Shown here one piece after another: positions 1 through 11,864 of a stretch of DNA of 64,000 nucleotides. Origin of the DNA: Lytechinus pictus (Eukaryota); assembly GCF_037042905.1 (NCBI RefSeq), contig NC_087263.1, forward strand, positions 15,006,001-15,070,000, written 5' to 3'. Position numbers and translations under genes: made by a program. Within the stretch, counting starts at the first letter, position 1. Each line of letters opens with the position of its first letter. The notes beneath the pieces were generated by a model that worked only from the letters and a program-made list of their open reading frames with translations, was not told the DNA's origin and did no database searches.

Positions 1-176
1 TTATATGGCGCCATCTATCTAGAAAAAATCTATTCCGAGGCGCAGTATTTATTATTATTATTACCCCGGCTTTAGCTCGAGCTGCCTTTCAGCACTCTGT
101 GCATTCAAGGAATTAATCCTGCCTGGTACCCATTCACCTCACCTGGGTTGAGTGCAGCATAATGTGGATAAATTTA
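1..176 (-). mobile_element. tRNA-derived SINE family A, 5'-truncated copy, tail type 1
   Basis: Reverse complement of 11685-11845 (aacccaggtgaggtgaatgggtacc core, cctcggaataga...gatagatggcg tail). Confidence 0.85.
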
Positions 177-574
177 TTTATTGAGTTATGCATCATTTAA
201 CATTCTAATCTAACTAACTTGTAGTGGCAACTTATTTTTTTTCAAGCATTATTCATTTTGGAAATTTGAATTTAAGGTTTATTAGGGACAAAGCGCCCTC
301 TCTATTAATAAAGCAATTTTGTTCCTTCATAAATGGCGCTACTAACATTTATTTTACAAATCTAGTGATTGGCTATCAGAAAGTTACAGACAGATTACAT
401 CTCAAAACTTTCAGTCTATTCCATGCTTAAGAACTGTTTTAATATCAATAACAAACATACATAAACATACATATTTCAATTTGACCTAAAATTGCAAAAT
501 CATCCAGTTTATTCTTTGAATTTTTTTAAAATTATTATGCTAATAGCCAGAGCAGTAACTACAAATTTTCTTAC

Positions 575-779
575 CGTCGAGTACAGAGATGACGACGTAG
601 AGACAAGGGATAGAGAGGATCCGGTGAGCTCTTCGGCGCCCTCGTTGCTCAGAACGCCCATGCTGAGGGCAGCCCGCTGGCGTTCGTCCAGCGAAACCGA
701 TCCGTTGCGTACTCTGTTGGTGAACGGTTGTGTGAAGGCATTGGCGGACATACTATTAGAACGGACCATTGAGGTAGAA
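575..779 (-). CDS. NAV2: Neuron navigator (NAV2/UNC-53/sickie family) internal coding exon
   Basis: Encodes (S)STSMVRSNSMSANAFTQPF...AEELTGSSLSLVSTSSSLYST, matching the navigator motif GSSLSLVSSTSSxYST that precedes the coiled coil. Acceptor is a pyrimidine tract plus catcAG (781-780); donor is ACG|GTAAG (574). Length 205 nt = 1+68x3, phase 2 in and phase 0 out. The symbol denotes the family, not 1:1 orthology. Confidence 0.88.
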
Positions 780-1139
780 CTGATGGTGGTTTTAAAGAAG
801 CAAAAAAGAAAATAAAGCAAGAAAAAAATGACAAAAATTCTAGCTTTCAAATTATAATAAAAATGCAAACTTCAAAAAAAGTGAACCATTTAATGCAGTA
901 CTGATCGTCGTTTGTAAAGAAGCGAAATTAATCAAATATAATCATATCAAAGCATCCATACTAGCAACGCATATAGGAAAATGCAAAATAGAGATAAATA
1001 TTTATTTGATATGAGAATAGAGATAACTGATGGAGAAATAGTAAAAGAATTCTGAGAAAGATGTTTTTTCATCTGTATCTAATCATGATTTAACACTGAA
1101 CTGGGGAAAATTGAGCTACACTATCACAATACACACAGA

Positions 1140-1449
1140 GGCTCATCTTCTAAAGTCAGGTTTAATTCAGACCATGGTCTAACTCTGTGCTAAAATTATG
1201 GGAAGCCAAACGTGTCAAAACATTTATTAAGTTGTATGTTTCTTATATTCACTGTGCTCTTTCCGATTCATCGATGGTGAATACAATCGTCTATTTATAC
1301 TTCCTAGCCAATTATGAATGATTTGAGAGCCAAATGAGCTGGAATATTATATCTCTTCTGGTAGTGATTTAGGTAGCAATTGGCTATCCATACTTAAACC
1401 ACAACTTTAAACCTGAGTTTAAGTTAAACCCGACTTCAGAATACGGACC
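1140..1449. mobile_element. MITE with imperfect terminal inverted repeats
   Basis: ggctcatcttctaaagtcaggtttaa pairs with ttaaacccgacttcagaatacggacc; a degenerate relative lies near 52050-52300. Confidence 0.65.
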
Positions 1450-2018
1450 TGAGATTCTAGACTTGAATGCAAGGCATGCACTGCACTACAAAGAAAATCC
1501 AGTGTAGATTTTGGATGGCAACAAAAATGGCATTCAAGTATGTTACAGTGTTAAGCAACTTGACAAAACCTTGAATATACAGTATACAACTTGTTGAAAT
1601 ATTTGTTGAATTATATTTGCCAGATACAATTTTGTTCAGTCGGATAGATCCTCAAATAATACTGCAGTCTTTGAAGGAAAAATTACAGTTACTTGTACAA
1701 TTTTCTTCTTTTTTTATTTTAAGCTGAATTTTGCCTTGAATCATTTTTACTCTATATGATTTTATTGACTGCTGGGTTATGTAGCTAACACATACCAAAT
1801 GACTTTAAGCTAAGACTTGTTACAAGAACAATACGTAGTATAAAGGCAGATGCTACAAAGCCAAATCTCCGACCCTGTTTCATAAAACATGTGATCAATA
1901 GCCAATGCTGTTCCAAGCCAATCAAATGACCCATGTTGGTTACATAGGAATTGATATCTTTAACATTGCCAATAATAATCAATTCCATGAAACAAGGCCC
2001 AGGTGAAGAGACACTTAC

Positions 2019-3845
2019 CTGATGGCTGAGGTTGCAGCCGGGAAGTAGCCAATAGGAGGCTGAGAGACAGTAGACCCTGTCGGAGAGATGGATCCGCTCT
2101 TCTCCCCCGACAGAAGTCCAAAGTTACCGGCCCTGAGCCAGGCCATGTCCTCCAGATCCTTCTCGGTGAGTCCCTGGTTTGACCGCAGAGACTTCTCGGA
2201 GAAGTTGGACCTGGTGCTATTGCTTCGCATAACATTCCCTGAGGCATTGGGCTGGGTGGGGCCGTAGCGCTCACTGGCGGCGTGACTGGAGACACTCATC
2301 GCGCTGGACGTGGTGGACTCGATCGACTCCATGCTGTCCGATTGCTTCATGCTGGACGCGTTAGCACGATTATTGTTGCTCCGGAGGTATGGAGAGTTGA
2401 TGCCAGCTGTATGGAGGGAAGAGATTCCGCCGATCTGTATCGAGGCATAGCCATCACTGACATATCCACTGTAACGTGGCGGAGAGTCCGAGAAGGGCGA
2501 GGTTTTTAATATGCTATCGTTAAGCGAAGAGTTCTGCGAGCGCCGTCGTATACTTTGAGGACTGGTAATGTACGACATACTGTGTTCGCTATCGCTCATT
2601 GCACCATGCCTATTGCTCATGTCCAAGACAGAGTTCTCTTTGCAGAATTGCGCATGGGGATTGGATATGATGGTGTCTTCGATCCCTGAGTCGCGAGTTC
2701 CTCTTCCGAACAAGTTCTTAAGAGCTTGTGACTTGCTCTTGGAATCAATGTGGCCTGAAGATGAACTACTTTTTAGTTCCTGCATTATGTGTCTGGCAAT
2801 CTGTCCATGGGACTTTATCTGGCTTCGCTTGAGGGAGCCATATCTGAGACCCTCCCCTGGAGATTGAATCCCAGAGCCATCCAACTTTCCTGGACTGGTA
2901 ACCTTTGAGCTCCTGCCACCTGTTCCGCCTTCACCTCTTGGTGATTTATCACTAGTCCTCATGTAATGTGACTCGGAGCTTCGAGGCGAACGTTGCCGAT
3001 CGGAACTTGTGCTTTCAGAAGCAGACAGTGATCCTTCGAGACTAGCCTTTCCGGACCTTGGTAAGCTTCCTGTCCTGATATTTGTCGGCCTTGGCTGGCC
3101 ATTACCACCAATCCTACTACCGTTAGATCCAGGTGTCCTTTGCCCAGGTGCATGCTGCACTGGTTGTCTCCTGTACCCAAATCCAAACTGAGCATTACCT
3201 GTCCTATGAGCTTCAGCCCCATTTCCTCTCTGAACAACCCCTTGTCCATTCCTGGGGTCTTTTCTCTCCGCACCAGCGTTACTCGTCACCGTTCCGATTC
3301 GTCCTCCGGGTGAGACCCTCATCAGGAAGTTGGGGTCTCGTCCAAACTGTTGCCGATGCTTGACCTGTAACCGATCAAGACTCCTCTGCCAGCTTGGAGG
3401 ACCACCCTGAGGCGGGTGCGCACCCGACGCCCCTTGCTGCTGACCTCTTATCGGCGACTCTCCAGACCTACTTCCACCGCGAGCTCCACCTTCTCCCTTC
3501 TCTCCGCCATCTGTGACCGTTCTCGCCTTCCCCTGCCTTGTTTTCCCATTGCTTTCCTCCATCTTACCGTCCTTGGACGTATGCTTCCCGCGGTTCACCT
3601 TGCTCCCGGTTCCACCGTCTCCATTCTTCTTCTCGCGCCGAGGCGACGAAGATTTCCGGTGGGCATTTTTGTCGGTGGCTGCCTTGACGAGAGAGAGGCT
3701 GTCCAAGGAGATGGCTTCGCCGCAGAGCTCAAGGTTCTTAGAGGAGTCGCAGGAGTTTCTGGAAGATCCTGTGACGTTATCGTCAGTACTGATCTCGGCA
3801 ATGGTGTCACTGATTCCACTCGAGATTGAACTGCTATCATCCAAG
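2019..3845 (-). CDS. NAV2: Neuron navigator large Ser/Gly-rich internal coding exon (1827 nt)
   Basis: Open frame of 608 full codons starting (S)LDDSSSISSGISDTIAEISTDD, resembling the vertebrate NAV WDDSSSVSSGISDT..LSTDD motif; also FGFGYRR, SLPR and IISNPHA. Acceptor ttttttttcatttcAG (3847-3846), donor AG|GTAAGT (2018). The phase-2 end AG joins T at 779 to give Ser, in frame with the next exon. Confidence 0.9.
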
Positions 3846-5366
3846 CTGAAATGAAAAAAAAGAAAATATGATAAAGGAAATAAGCAAAAACCAATATTCA
3901 AAGATGGAATTGAATATTTGAACCAAAACTTATCAATAAATAGTATTGTCAAGATGGACTAATGGGTTCATGCTCCAAGTCCCAACAAATAAGTAAAACA
4001 ATTCAATAAAAAGTAGTGACATGCTTAAGAAATTGCAGTAAATAAACACATGGTTATTTAACATTCAACATAGGATGTCATAAACATTTTTATTTTCATT
4101 TTTGCACCAATCTTTATAATCTAATTCCTCTTTGAAGCACTTGATCTACACCTTTAAAATAGGCTTATGATAGTAACAATTTTAAAACTGATTTTGTTTT
4201 AGCGTTCAAAATGAAAGACTCAAGTGTTGATAGGAATCGGTTGAGACTTGAGATTTATGAGTGTGAACCTGTTGGTCACCTTCCGAACTCTATCACAACG
4301 ATGGGTTGCATCATAAAATAATTGTACGACCAACTTGTGGTCCCCCTGGCAAAAAAAACCTTGAATCAGGGGCGCAAACATATCACCTGTTTTGCTCATG
4401 TTTTGATGAAAGAATTATGGAAGATTTATGTTTATTTGTGATATGAGGGTATGACTTTGATAATAAATGGGTATATTCTACCATAACAACGTCAAAGGTC
4501 ATTGGCATTAGTTAATGTAAAGAAATCACTAATTCTGCACTTTTTTTTTAATCTGAAAGAGCAAATATTTGCGAACCTACCCACAAATGGTTGGCAAACA
4601 TATATCATTTGCAAAATTTAGATCTAGAAGGATTAACATTAAGGTTGCATTAGAAGGATTGAGGAAACATTAAGGTTAAGAACGTATGAGATATGCCATA
4701 GGTTCACACTATTGTCAGAGGGGTGGGGAACTCTCCAGGTCTTGAAAGTGTCCCATGTGTGTCTCTAGGTCTAAAAATGCATATATCTCTCCTCTCTCCC
4801 TTCTCAATCCATACAGGCATCCAGAGGATACACATTTTGGAGGGGAGAGCGATATTTTAGTGTGTATATTAATTGGGCACAGCTGTTTTCATCAAGTGTG
4901 TGAATGCACGGAGTATGGTCATGGATGGCATGCCATCCACAGCTCTTACAAGTGCTCTGCGATAACCATACACACGATCTGCATAGTCTCTGACACAAGT
5001 GTGAACAGTTGCAAAAATATATATATATACAGTATATATAATATCGGGAGAGGATATCTCTTTCCCTTGGACGACAGTCTGAATCAGAGTACAGAAGCAG
5101 GTTCAGACGTACCATATCATGTTATAGAGTCTGGGGAAATGATAGGTCGGGTTTTGTAGGTTATGTTTTCTCATGGTGGGAGTCTCAATAAATTAAATGA
5201 ATTTGGTATGGTATTCAGGGTGGTTTGCGTATATTTTAGAGGCAGACACATGAAATAAACATCTTCATGTTAAATATCTATTACAATGTCGGCAAGTCCT
5301 CAAGAAAATTGAACACACTTTCTTCATTTAGCTTGTGAGTGGTAAGAAAAAGGGGGAAAACTATTA

Positions 5367-5604
5367 CAGTGGTGCTAAGAAGTTAATGAATGGCCACACC
5401 AGAAAATGAACATATTTAAAAAAAAAGTTCAAATCCTGCCATCTTTTAGATATTTAATTGTGAAGTCAGGTGATATAATATTACATTCAATATTGTTTGT
5501 TTCTATGGACTCTCCTGACATTGTAATGTTGTTGTCTACCATTCAACACTCAGCACGAAGGAGTGCATTTTCTGGTGGGGTTCACTAACTTTTTAGCACC
5601 ACTG
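5367..5604. mobile_element. Tc1/mariner-type MITE (TA|CAGTGGTGCTAA...TTAGCACCACTG|TA)
   Basis: About 40-bp imperfect TIRs; left TA at 5365-5366; right TA displaced to 5773-5774 by the adjacent insertion. Confidence 0.75.
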
Positions 5605-5770
5605 CACTGTAAAAAATGATGTGTTAATTTAGCACCTAAAGTGCTTGTATAGTGACTGCACAACGAGTGCTGATTTTCTAGTTTAAATTTGAACTGGCAA
5701 ATCAACACTCGTAGTGCAGTCACTATACAAGCACTGTAAGTGCTAAATTAGCACTTTATTTTTTACAGTG
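5605..5770. mobile_element. Palindromic MITE with CACTG..CAGTG termini (EnSpm/CACTA-like), 2-bp TG target duplication
   Basis: The 166 bp fold into a near-complete hairpin; TG at 5603-5604 and 5771-5772. Confidence 0.8.
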
Positions 5771-8700
5771 TGTAGATACTGTGGAACCCCCGCCCCCCAC
5801 TCCCTTCAAGGAGAATAATAAACAAATTAAAACAGATGGGAGGCCAAAAGAAGCAAGGACATTTATTTTTAAGTGTGCATTCTTTTTTGTAGCCATGACA
5901 TGGAATGTGAAAAATTGCTGTTGTGTGTAAACACATAAAAGAGAAAAGAATGCTCCTTGCCTATCAAATAATGAGAGAATCACCATTTTCATGCATGCCG
6001 AAAAGGCATGCATCATGGCTATCATCTTTTTTTATAGGCCTATGAAATATTTTTAATTTTTTAATATATTTTCCTCCTTAATTTACTGTTGATATTAATA
6101 TCAATGTGAAATATTTTTAATTTCATCATAGTTTTCCTCCTTAATTTACTGTTGATATTTATACCACTGTTAATTTACTGTTAACAATCCACTTGTGTGC
6201 TTTAAAACCACGTAAATGTCATTTTTATCATTAATATAAATTATACAATTCCACTTCGTATTATCAACAACAAAAAAAGCTGTAGGCCTACTACCTGTAA
6301 TCTGTTAAATTTTCTTATTGCTTACTCACAGATAAATTAATCATTATCCTGTTTTTCTAGCGGAGTTTGAATTTGACATTTAACAGCCCGAAGGGAATGT
6401 GTACTCAGACAATTTTAACAATGACAATGACTATTTGTTTTGATGTCTCCTGTGTTTATCAAAATGACAGATAGAGCACAGTGTAGGCCTACCTGTTGCC
6501 ATTATGGCTTGTCAAGGAAAGGTTTAAACATTTTGTTCACATTTATCTAGATATTCATTGCTCCTTAATCCTCTACCTCTATCACTCTTCATCTCTTTGC
6601 CCCAAACACATTTTGGCTAATATCCACTTGGTCTTTCCCACCACTTGATATTTATGGTTAAATGAACTGTTTATGAACCATTGACAAATTAAAAAATAAC
6701 AAGTAGACAAATTGGAAATCAGACCAACTGGGGATTAGACTAAACGACAGTTAGTCTAAGTGGGTGTTGGACCAAGTGGGTATTAGAACAAGTGAAGTGT
6801 AGACCAAATGGCAATTCTAGACCAAATTGATAGACCAAATAGGTTAATCCCAGTAGGTATTGTGACTACCTGAGAACAAGACCAACTGCTTGTATACCAT
6901 GTGAATATATTTAACCATCTTCTTGATTGATTGTACGCTTGATTTTCACGATTAATTTCACATTATATTCAATGCAATCAATCGTAAAACAACGTTCTAC
7001 GATGATTGTTAAGTTTTGTGTTATGGGGCACCTGATGTGTCCTTGCACTCGGTGAAATGAATCTGAAATATTTACAGACAGCTTCTGATCTCAGTCAACT
7101 TTACTGTAAGCACTGTTTGGGGAATACATATTTATTTCCCTCATCATCATCATCTTCGTCATACCAGAAAGGTCAATTTTATGCAGGCCAGGTTCTATGT
7201 TCCAGTTACATGTATCTGAAGCTTTAATGATCAATATTTTTGCCTTTAAATGACATAAGCAGTATTTTCATTTCATTAGAGCAATTTCCTTTTTAAAGTT
7301 GATGTACTTGGAATAAAATGCATGAACATCAATTTAGAAATGGTTTTAAAATTAGACCATGACCATGAGAAAAAAATGAACAATGAAAAAGTGATTTTTG
7401 ACAAATCTCATCACAATACCAATTTGAGGATTTTATCTATAATAGTTCTCTAATTTGTTTACTTTAACCAAAAAATTGTACGGGTGGAAATTCAATTGTC
7501 CAACACCTTACCACACTGGGATATTTATTTTATTTTTATTTATTTATTTATTTTTCATTTTTTGGGAGGGGGGGGGCAAAAGTCTGTCAGCATTTAGGGG
7601 CTGGTTGTAAACATATCATTTTCATATCTTCTCTTTGTCGGTTGCAAAGTGATATAAGAAAAATAATTCAGCATAACTGTATGGATCAGATGTATGTAAA
7701 ATTATAAATAAAATACCAAGCATGCAAGGAAAGTAATCGGATATAAACAAAATACATAGCTCAATTTGAAATATGTGCACTATTGGGTTGATAAATACCT
7801 CAATTTTGCAAAGAATGTCAAAATTACAATGCCAAGGGGATTGATTTCTCGGAAAGTGTTGGTCAAGCTTGTGTCTTCCTGTTATTGGCCATCGGTCATT
7901 CTATTTATTTTTTTCTTTTCTGTTCCTTGGAGTATTGCCATGGATGGTCAAATAGACAGGTCTCCCCATGTGTCGAATTGAATCAGGCTATAGATTCAGA
8001 AGCCCTGTTCAGATGAGTTTTTAAGTCGGGGTATAGATCAACTGGGCCTCTTCACATGGCTATTCAACGTCAGAAGGGGGGTATCAGCACTTTTTTCTAT
8101 AACGATAATGCTATATTTTTTGAAAAATAAAGTTCCTTGTTTATTATTCAACTATCATTAAAATATGTATGCCAATTTTTATAACAAACTTTGTTTTGAA
8201 TTTCTTCTTATGGCTTTCAGGAAAGGCTGATGGTAATATTATGCTTGCACTTTTGTCCAATATTCAAGGAAAATAAATAAAAAATGAAAAGGTGTGAGAG
8301 ATTGGATGTTGCAAAGTTTGCATTATTTTTGTCAGTTTTTTGATAAGTATGAAATGGGACACCTCATAAATGACCATTAACACACATCAATGGCGACCTT
8401 GTAATATCAAAACCCAATGCCAATATGAAAACATGGTTATGACTTTATCAGGGTATTTTTAATAAACTTTTACAGATATACTTGAATAGTTTGCTAGATC
8501 ATCAGAAATAAAAGGTTTTCTGTCATTGTTTGGCAAATATGGACCACAGGTAACTGAAAATCCAATCTATTTTATTTATCTTTTTGTTTCTTAAACAGAA
8601 ATATTGCATGCACACAACCCTGTATACATTTTGTACAGAAGCAAAATAGTTTTCTTAACCTCGTTGTGCAAATTACTGTTTTCTCCAAATTCTAACATTG

Positions 8701-10254
8701 CACAAATTAGGGTGCAATGTTTCGAGCCCAACACTATGGAATATGCATTTAACCCCCAAAGTTTAATATAACAAAAATAAAGTGTTTTAACACTAATCAG
8801 TGTTGAACTAAGGTGTGATGATTACACTCTAGAGTGTGCACAAATTCAAAAAGTGTCTTAACACCGATTGGTGTTGTGTAACACCATAAGGAAAAGTAGG
8901 GTGGTCTGATTCAATTCTTTAGGGCAGATCTTGACTTCATCTTAATTTTTTTTGTCAACAATGCTGCTTTATCCGTGACAAAATCTGTCTAAGTCTTAGT
9001 CGGTTAGTATGACAAGTTCCATGTGTTTTTCACCCCTAAAGGCAAGGAATAAGATCTTAAAAAGAAAGAAATGAAAATAAAGGTAGAAAGGTCAAAATGG
9101 TAGAAAAAATGTACAAGGAAATGATGATAATTAGAAAACACAAGAAATAAAAAAAATAAAGAAAGACAGAAAGAAAGACAGAAAGAAAGAATGAAAGAAA
9201 GAAAGAAAGAAAGAGAAAAGAAAAAAAAAGGAAAAAAGAAAAAGAAAGAAGGAAAGAATATAAAACAGAAGGCAATGATTAAAGAAAGAAAGAATAGAAG
9301 GAAAAGGAAATATTGTCTATATCACTCTTGACATAAAGAGCAACATTAAAGAAAATATATTCACACTTGCAATCAAGTTAATACAAAGTAATAGAGAAAT
9401 AAAATAAAGAAATCTAGAAAGAAAGACAGAAAGGATAAATGAATATAAAAGAAGAGGAGATCAAGAAAAGAACACAAACAACAAACACTTGCCATATTAT
9501 AAGATATATTCTTGGAGGCCATGCAATAAGATGAATTTCATGAAAGTATAAGTCACGTTTTGAAACTGAAGAATAATGTCAAGTTTATACTCAGCATGTA
9601 GCAAATTTATTCTGATCGGAGCAAGAAGGGTTTTAATTGAAATGAAAATAACTTAGGGCCTTTGTGGTATCAATCACACCCAAAAAAATATTTCAGTAAA
9701 GGTTTTGTGTGATTACAGCCTTACCCTCTCTATATATGTAGGAGCGGACCCTCTCCCCCCCAACAAAAAAAATAGAATAGAAGTTGCCTTCATATGTGAG
9801 AAATGGGCTTTTTGAGAGAGAAATGCCCTTCATTACGGACTGATGACCTTTTCATTTTTTTATTTATTATTCATTTATTTATTTTTATTTTCATAAATTT
9901 ATTTATCTATTATTATTATTATTATTTTTTTTTTTTTTTTTTTTTGGGGGGGGGTTGTGAAATTTATCTGGGGACAAAATGGCATTCATTTTTTTGTCTT
10001 TGGGGGAGGGGGGGGGTCAAAGAGGTAGCACCCCTTTAAAAAATCCAAGACCTGTGGCTGTGTCATGCCAATTCGCTTTCTGTTAAAGACCGACTCTGAT
10101 ATAAATGTATTAAAACTAAGGCTCCATAAATTGCTAAATATTACCAGTTCATCTTATCTGGCAAAACTAAAAAGGTATGGCCCTATATCCTTATTGTGGA
10201 TTGGACAACATGATGCAAGGGTTTTGGGACAATTAGACGAATGGCTATTAAATG

Positions 10255-10595
10255 GAAGCGCCATGGGTTAGCGGTTCTGACTCTCGCCTTGTAATCAGAG
10301 GGTCGTGTGTTTGAATCACATAACGACCCAGCGACCTTAGGCAAGGCATTAATCCGCACTTTGCCACTCTCCACCCTGGTGTTAAATGGGTACCAGGTAG
10401 GATGCGAAAGGCAATGTAGAATGCCTGGCAACTGAGTCTTGGAACTGTCGTTGAAATGCTGCCCAGGGAGTGGAGAAAGTGCATATATTGTATGCGGGCA
10501 TGCCAGGATCTGATGACCAGGGTAATAATATATCTGTAAAGCGCTTAGAGATGTCAGTCCGATGTATTAAGTGCTAAAAGCAGATTATTACTACT
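10255..10595 (+). mobile_element. tRNA-derived SINE, separate subfamily
   Basis: tRNA-like head, ccttaggcaaggcattaatcc and aaatgggtacc core, tgtaaagcgcttagag tail and (TTA/CTA)n end. Confidence 0.7.
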
Positions 10596-11586
10596 AGACA
10601 AAGTAGTCGTACAAAATTAGATTTTATAATATAGGCATGATTAGACATACATGTAATGGTGATTAGACAATTTTAATGTCATAAACAAATATAACTAGTA
10701 GATATCAGCTTAAAAGATATATCAGCTAACAGAATTATTGATAACATGATAACAGAACTTGCCTACATCTTGAAATAATTGTGTTGCACTTATTCATGAA
10801 TATCAAAAATCAAGCTGCAAGAATATTCTGGATATTTATGATCATATTTTCAAATGCCCTAGTGGGACTTGACCTCGGGTGACCTCTATCACAAGAGGTC
10901 AATCTATGGCTGACCTTTCAAACCCAAGGAAGAGGAAGCCAATGACTTCTCACATAAACTTTCATAAATCATCAAAAAGAGTGTGACTTGTTGGAGATTC
11001 TTGTAATTTCTATGGACACCATTTGTGCTAAACATTAACATTCATTTAAAGGAATATGCTAATATTAAACCAGTTAAAAGGTATAACGCAGTAAAAATTG
11101 AAGAAAGAAGTCAATAAAAGTTGAAGAAAAGATTGAATAATGGTAAGAAAGTTATGAACATTTGAATGTTGAGGTCACTAATGTTATACTGCCGATTTTT
11201 GGTAAAAGGAAGCAAGTTACAAAAGTATCATTTGTTGTTGTAAATGAGCAATGTGTGTTCGTCATTTACATAGGCGTCAGTGCAATTTAACAGTATATTT
11301 CCTTCAATATCTCTCCACAGGACGATTATTTCTTCCCCAAACTTTGCCTGAACGTGCAACATACAAAGGGTGTTTCAGAAACAACAATAACTCAAATTTG
11401 ACTGATGTGCCACTTGCTTCCTTTTGCCAAAGTTGGGCAGTATAGACATCCTACCGTTTGCAACGCAACCAAGATGTGTGATGCCACACCTGTAAATCTC
11501 TGCCATGACTTTGGTACATATTTAGTTAAATTGTTACTTTTTGTAAGTAAATCTCATGGGAGAACATGTACTAAGAATATGTACAT

Positions 11587-11864
11587 GGAGCATTGTGGCC
11601 CAGTGGATTAGTCTTCTGACTTTGAAACAGAGGGTCGTAGGTTCCAATCCCAGCCATGGCGTAATTTCCTTCAGCAAGAAATTTATCCACATTGTGCTGC
11701 ACTCAACCCAGGTGAGGTGAATGGGTACCCGGCAGGATTAATTCCTTGAATTCATGAGCGCTGAAAGGCAGCTCGAGCTAAAGCCGGGGTAATAATAATA
11801 ACAACGTGCCTCGGAATAGAATATTTCTAGATAGATGGCGCTATACAAATGCCTATTATTATTA
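11587..11864 (+). mobile_element. tRNA-derived SINE family A, full length, tail type 1
   Basis: A-box tggcccagtgg, B-box-like ggttccaatccc, conserved core and (TAT)n tail; several related copies in the window. Confidence 0.9.

Noticed and set aside
509..868. 119-aa ORF with an apparent signal or TM segment
   Set aside because: Both ends are intronic; only 779-575 is exon.
2282..3854. Plus-strand ORFs overlapping the large NAV exon
   Set aside because: Antisense shadows of a GC-richer coding exon with no independent signals.
2015..3952. 645-aa ORF as a complete gene
   Set aside because: The hydrophobic N-terminus is translated polypyrimidine tract and the stop lies in the GTAAGT donor; the real exon is 3845-2019.
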